Shown: piece by piece, positions 53,949-64,000 of the stretch | Position numbering within the stretch: position 1 is the first letter of the stretch | Layout of the letters: each line of letters begins with the position of its first letter | Source of the DNA: Eledone cirrhosa | Taxonomy: Eukaryota | Length of the DNA stretch: 64,000 nt | NCBI GenBank assembly: GCA_964016885.1 | Contig: OZ024742.1 | Location: 3,968,001-4,032,000, forward strand | Direction of reading: 5' to 3' | Made by a program: the position numbers and the translations under genes | Notes under the pieces: model-generated | What the model saw: only the letters and a program-made list of their open reading frames with translations | The model's database searches: none | Told to the model about the DNA's origin: nothing

Positions 53949-54290
53949 TTACACACACAGAAATGTATATATATTTCTGTGTGTATATATATATATATTA
54001 CACACACAGAAATGTATATATGTTTCTGTAGCACTCCTCAATTCCCCCCTCTCTCCCTCCCGCTAACCCCCTCTTGTAGTCTCTCTCTCTACGCGTGCGC
54101 AAAAAACATTCGCACGCGCGCACGTGTTTCCACTGTCGGACAGACAGACAGAGAAATTGCTGGTTATATATTATAAGGAGATTATCTAAACTATAATTTA
54201 TTGCTTTTGAAGATTTTTCCTGCCTTCTCTCACGAGACCTAATTCCACACCGACAGACACATTATTTTCGCCGCATACACGCTATTTTCG

Positions 54291-54459
<169 letters not shown>

Positions 54460-54516
54460 AATCGAAAATGCAACTGGAGTCTTATTTTAAAAAATATATA
54501 TATATTTGTTTGGGTC

Positions 54517-54552
54517 CTTTACCGGTTTCGCAGTTCTTCTGCTTTTCAAAAG
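54517..54552 (-). ncRNA. Minimal type-I hammerhead ribozyme, U3-A8 core variant
   Basis: CUU-UUGAAAA-GCAG aagaa CUGC-GAAA-CCGG-UA-AAG (mirror image of 54630-54665). Confidence 0.75.
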
Positions 54553-54629
54553 TAGAGTTGAGATGGAGGGTCTGTGGTTTTTCTCACATCAGATGTGAGA
54601 AAAGCCACAGACCCTCCATCTCAACTCTA

Positions 54630-54665
54630 CTTTTGAAAAGCAGAAGAACTGCGAAACCGGTAAAG
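54630..54665 (+). ncRNA. Minimal type-I hammerhead ribozyme, U3-A8 core variant
   Basis: CTT-TTGAAAA-GCAG aagaa CTGC-GAAA-CCGG-TA-AAG. Confidence 0.75.
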
Positions 54666-54828
54666 GACCCAAACAAATATATATATATTTTTTAAAATAA
54701 GACTCCAGTTGCATTTTCGATTTCATCTTTTTCTCTTTATACTTTCACTCGTGTAGGACACCTCGGTTATTTTTCATTTTGTAAAAAAACCTCAATTTCT
54801 AATATATATATTTATATATATATATATA

Positions 54829-55725
54829 AGGGACGCCGTATGGCAAAGCGTTTTGCTGAGTATTTGAGGGACATACGACTCGGTTTGGATATTCCCGTCA
54901 CTCGTCATTCCCGTTCCCCTGGTGCCTCTTCACTACATGTCTCTGTCATGGGTGTCCTTTTACATCATGGATCACAGGCCTTGCGCACCAGAACTGAACA
55001 GAGTCTGATTTACCGCCTTAGGTCCTATTTCTCTCATAGACTCAACTCACCTCCCCAATTTCTTTAATACCCCGTCCACTATCACTCACGCGCTTGTACA
55101 TTCACCCCTAGATTCCTATTGCCCTCTTATGCTCAGAAGCATATACTCTTACAGCTAATACAGACGAGCAAAATACGCACACTCCATTTTACCCTTCACA
55201 GCTCTGTATACACACACACCCTTATATTAACATACTTTTGCTCATATCTTCATACTTACAAGCACAGACACACCATTACTTACATATACACACACATATC
55301 TTCTAAGCTTCGTACGGACGTATCATAACACACACACACACAGACACACACAGGCATAAGTACGCGCACAAGTATATCTCTTTATACAAAACGACTTTAT
55401 TTCCATTTCAGGTAGACGCGCTCCATCATCCACTTTTCCAAAAAATATATATCATATACAAAACGCCAGCATCAACAGTTTTCTAAGAGATTACAACATG
55501 AATGAATGTGTTATTTTTATCTATAGACATGTTTTCCAATTCCAACCCGCCCGTCCCTTCAATCTATCTTATTTCTCATTCTTTTATTATGATGAAGAAC
55601 TAGCGTCGGAAACGTTAAGACCCTCTCTCTTCCTGCTATTTTAAACGTTAACTTAATATATACCTTCCATATATTGCACCGATTGTGTTGTTATTTCTGT
55701 TTACCTTATATATATATATATATAT
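54829..55725 (+). mobile_element. 3' fragment of PLE (GIY-YIG tail + 3' UTR/pLTR)
   Basis: GRRMAKRFAEYLRDIR....PVTRH...R...EQSLIYRL.S....LN. HHR remnant ATGATGA...GAAACGTTAAGA at ~55589-55620. The pLTR end is repeated inverted at ~58374-58481. Confidence 0.75.
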
Positions 55726-55899
55726 ACATATTTCGTTTCTGAATTTGTTTAGCAAGATTCTTTATCTGGAAACGTGTGTTGAAACCGATATTGTTATACT
55801 TTGGGAGGGTCATGTTGCCAATAAGAAACACAAGCACCAATATCCTTCACTCCAATTTATTATAAATTAAGTTATAAATTAAAAAACATTTTTTATAAA

Positions 55900-58356
<2,457 letters not shown>

Positions 58357-58485
58357 ATGTATATATATATATATAAGGTAAACAGAAATAACAACACAAT
58401 CGGTGCAATATAAGGAGGGAATATATTAGGTTAACGTTTAAAATAGCAGGAAGGGAGAGTGTCTTAACGTTTCGGACGCTATATT

Positions 58486-60035
<1,550 letters not shown>

Positions 60036-60039
60036 ATAT

Positions 60040-60155
<116 letters not shown>

Positions 60156-60303
60156 TTTTGAGTATATGTTGGTTGTATACCAACACCTCAGTATGCAGAT
60201 TGGACCACTCGGCGAAGTGCGCAGGTTGGTTTGGTTACTCCGGAGTAATGTAAAATAAAATAAAATAAATAAGTCAAATGTTTAAAATTTAGCTTCGTTT
60301 ATT

Positions 60304-60358
60304 ACTGCTATATATATTTCGGTGACAGCCATCTTTGGCTGTGACCTCTTCAGGCAGT
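60304..60358 (-). ncRNA. Intact minimal type-I hammerhead ribozyme
   Basis: ACUGC-CUGAAGA-GGUcACAGCC aaagau GGCUGUcACC-GAAA-UAUAUA-UA-GCAGU; all core nucleotides and stems present. Confidence 0.9.
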
Positions 60359-60469
60359 CCGAATTAGTGTGGTACAGACAAGTACATATGTTGTTAATGT
60401 GTATAACCTTGTCAATACTCTGATATGCCCAGTTCCTGGTTGGGTTGTTATTTCACTGAGGAACTGGAA

Positions 60470-60625
60470 TCTCACATCTGATGTGAGAAAAACCACAGAC
60501 CCTCCATCTCAACTCTACTTTTGAAAAGCAGAAGAACTGCGAAACCGGTAAAGGAACCAAATAAATATATATATTTTTTTAAAAATAAGACTCCAGTTGC
60601 ATTTTCGATTTCATCTTTTTTCTTT
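60470..60625 (+). mobile_element. Non-palindromic copy of the 54454-54728 element, starting at a 9-bp hairpin, with U3-A8 HHR at 60518-60553
   Basis: TCTCACATC-T-GATGTGAGA followed by sequence nearly identical to the minus-strand reading of 54454-54600. Confidence 0.88.
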
Positions 60626-61365
60626 ATATATATATATGTATATATATATATATACATTTTAAAAATTCACGATACCTAAAATACATCTTTCTATTGTATA
60701 TTCATTAATATTTATTTCGCGTAGCAAAATAACGATATTTCAAAATGAAATAAACTTTGACAGATTACCTCACACAACACAGTAATACAAAATAATGAAG
60801 ATATATCACAGATTACTTCGAATATATCAATGCCAAAATAATGTGTGAATTAATGTTTCAAACAAATTAATTTCATTAAAAATGATTAATTACCTTTCTT
60901 AAAACGATGACATATCAGATATTAACGTGGATGTGGCAAGACTGCTTCTTAGATCATGTTTGGATGAAATGAAATGACATTCGCCAATGATTTCCAGTGA
61001 AATCAAATCCGAAGCGAACATTTTAGCCAGTTAAACATGCTGTGAACACACGTATGGCCAATTGTGGATTGGTGAGGCTTTTTAACCCATAGTTGGGATG
61101 GATGGCCGTTGATTCTGAGATCACTCGCTCTTTTAACACCTCTTCTTTTGTGTTTTTGTGGTGTCGAGGTTCCATTTACCTTCCTCACCCCACCAGGATC
61201 TGGTTGGGGGAGCCGGTTTAGTCACCGATCACTCGACCATAAAGCAGCTTTCTGCTGGGTTATATGATACCAGTAGCAAGCAGATGCCTGAATTGAAATT
61301 AAATTATCAATATTCTATATAATGCAACAGTGCTGTAGTATAAACGACTATGGTTCCGTAGGTTT

Positions 61366-61432
61366 GTAAATCAGGACTCAAACCATTTCGACGGAAATCA
61401 TATCCTGGATAAGATCTATCTCTCATCGGCTT
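61366..61432 (-). ncRNA. Decayed hammerhead ribozyme with long stem II
   Basis: CCGAUGA-gagauaGAUCUUAUC cag GAUAUGAUUuccguc-GAAA-UGGUUUGAG...; the 3' part resembles CCGTC-GAAA-CGGCTTGAG of the palindromic elements. Confidence 0.5.
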
Positions 61433-63668
61433 AATATCAAAGGAAGATTAACACCTGCTTTAGGAATTTGTTTCACTGATTGAAAACATAACACAGCATA
61501 AATATCGATATACTAGGTTTTGATTCTATTAACGATGAGATCTCCTTTTAACTAATGCGATGGGAATTAGACAATCTCACTCCAGGCTTATATTAATAAA
61601 ATAATGTAGGAACTGTCTACATATTTCAGACTCAGGAACATTTAACGTAAATTTCGGCAACCTTTAATATACTAGACAGTGTTTGACTAAATACTGCCTC
61701 TCTCTCTATATATATATAGTAGCATAGTTAATACGAAGCATTGTGATATATGTAATAAATTACTAAAAAGTTTCAGAAAGCCGGTACAATGTGGTTTCTG
61801 TGTGTGTGAATGTCTGAATGTGTGTGTACCTCTGTGTGAGCGTGTGAGAACGTGTGAGTGCGCGTGTGTGTGAGTGCGTGTGTGTGTGAGTGCGTGAGTG
61901 TGTGAGTGCATGTCTGTGGGTGCGTGTGTGCGTTAAACAAGATGAAAAATGTGAACAGTACGTTTAATAATTTGATAGTACATGTCATTGTATCACTTTG
62001 GTTTATTCGCTAACACCACCACCCGTGTCCGTGTTTATGTTTATGTCCCAATACCTAGCGGTTCAACAAAACGAGGTTGATAAATTAAGTACCAGACTTG
62101 ACGAGAAAGCGTTTCCCTATCATGGCCACACACTATTCACTAAAACAGTAAAGGAGTAAAAGACAACATTATGAGTGTTGTTCGGTCCATTCCCATCAAT
62201 GGAACAATATACTTTGAAGCGAGATTGGAAACTGCACTTTTTTTTTATTACCCACGGTAGTTTTAATAAAGACATTCGTGTTTTGTTTTAACCTTAACAA
62301 TAAGAAATACTGTATTTTAGAGGAAGGCAAAGGTGATAAGTGTGCCTTGCTTAAGGATACAACACACCACCAGGGATCGAACTCAGTGAATTACGATAAC
62401 AAAATCAACATATTACTATTAACGAACGAGAGAAATAAATTAAATTCTGTAAAATAACTTTTATTTCAATGCTCTCTGGTTATATTGCTGTTTCGGTCGA
62501 AAATCGTATTTAGACATTGTAAAACAAAACAATATAAGATTATAGTTCTAGAAGAAATCGAATAACTTCGATTTCTTGTTGTATTTTATTTAGTTACATA
62601 TGAATATTTGATAAAAACTTTCTGCCTTTTTTTTTCTTTTTCAATATCAAAATTGTATATTTTTTGTAGCACTCCAGATTTATTCTGGAATATGCCATTA
62701 TCTACATTCCTAACAAAGGACCCCAAGGTGTAATAATAACCATATCGACAATAAAAAATAATGTTTTAGCATAGTGTCCATATCGTTGCTTACAATTACA
62801 GTTTTTGCCATATGGAAGCATACCATTATATAGAAGTGTTATCATAGCTAATGTTACAGGTTTTGTCATTTGAGCGTTTCGTTATTTAGTATTTTAGTTT
62901 TTATCATATGGTGATCCAGAGAATGATATTACAATGTTTACAAGTAGTTACAATATTTTTATATTGTCTTCAGACAAAACATTTTTATATTTTATATTTT
63001 ATTTAATTATGTATTTCAATATATTTGCAGATCTATGTTTTATTATTGTTTTATTATTGTTTTATATGAAAACCATAACATAACTTTTCTAAATAATACA
63101 CATATAAGTCATAAACTAAAGCAATAAGCTTCTTAACACATCAACAGTCTAACTATGTTATATATGTTTAAATAAATGTATGTTTAATGGCAAATGTCAA
63201 AAAATGATGTGGTTTGTAGTAAACATTATTTAACTAAATAATTACAGGAGCTACTGTAAGGAGTGTTTGATGACTCTACCCCCATGACACTCCCAAGAAG
63301 AAGAAAAAGGAAAAAGGAAAAGGAACAGAAGAGTCTCTCGATGTAAATATGCTTAAATCCTCAATTTTCCTCGACCTTCTCACTCCGGTCATCACCGTCT
63401 TTTACTTTGCATTCATTGAAATCAAACACGATAATAGCGACTGATATAAAGTTATTATATATAAAACACAATGCCATGTCCTATTGAGTATATTGAACTA
63501 AATATAAATATAAAATAAAATATGCCACTTTGATTTTGTATCATTTGAACGTAAATATACGCTTCTTCATCTTTTACGGATGAGTATTGCTGTTTATATA
63601 TATATATATATATATATATATTAGTGAAAAAAAACAAATGAACTATTATGACATTATAACAAGTTTAT

Positions 63669-63715
63669 TGCCGACAGCCGTTTCGTCCGACCATATTGAT
63701 GGACTTTTCAAGGCA
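63669..63715 (-). ncRNA. Minimal type-I hammerhead ribozyme, U3-A8 core variant
   Basis: UGCC-UUGAAAA-GUCC aucaauaugguc GGAC-GAAA-CGGCUG-UC-GGCA; GUC cleavage triplet. Confidence 0.85.
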
Positions 63716-64000
63716 TATAACATGTGATTGTAAGATCATTATTTACATCAACGTATCACTCAAGACTAGCAGTTTGAAATTGTGGTATACATCAGCAGCT
63801 TCGCTTGTATAGTTGGGGTCTATATTCTAAGGGGGCTCTTTTATATTAGTTGTCGGGGTCAGGGATTGAAGGTTAAAAATTAGATAATATATAATTTACG
63901 CATTAAAAGTAAAGATTAAATTAGAAGACTTGGGATCCCGTAGAAGCACCTTAAAAAATACCTCAATAAGTGCATAAAGCTTACAGGCTCCAATAAACCT

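Overview
Gene-free, repeat-dominated eukaryotic (animal) DNA; the SINE families and dense (TA)n/(CA)n tracts suggest an octopus-type cephalopod genome (inference). About 24 kb is two satellite arrays: a 17-bp unit at 1-9802, which generates all the giant spurious ORFs, and a 25/24-bp unit at 25571-40160. Each array contains a near-identical 4.6-4.9 kb tandem duplication. The rest is decayed Penelope-like retroelements (PLEs; RT + GIY-YIG, including a YRDD/WFxPP Naiad-type copy), three non-autonomous Helitrons, tRNA-derived SINEs and an RTE-5'UTR-like short family, mostly inserted in (TA)n tracts. The main observation is a high density of minimal type-I hammerhead ribozymes (HHRs), about 15 intact or decayed, from several unrelated families. 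Two families carry a U3-A8 compensatory core, and one sits in a ~415-bp non-coding tandem unit resembling a retrozyme. Several HHR elements are inserted as long, near-perfect palindromes whose axis is a hairpin of the element itself; in two independent copies the axis is exactly the loop of HHR stem II. This points to fold-back (self-primed) second-strand synthesis during retrotransposition. No intact protein-coding gene was recognised. All structures were folded by eye.
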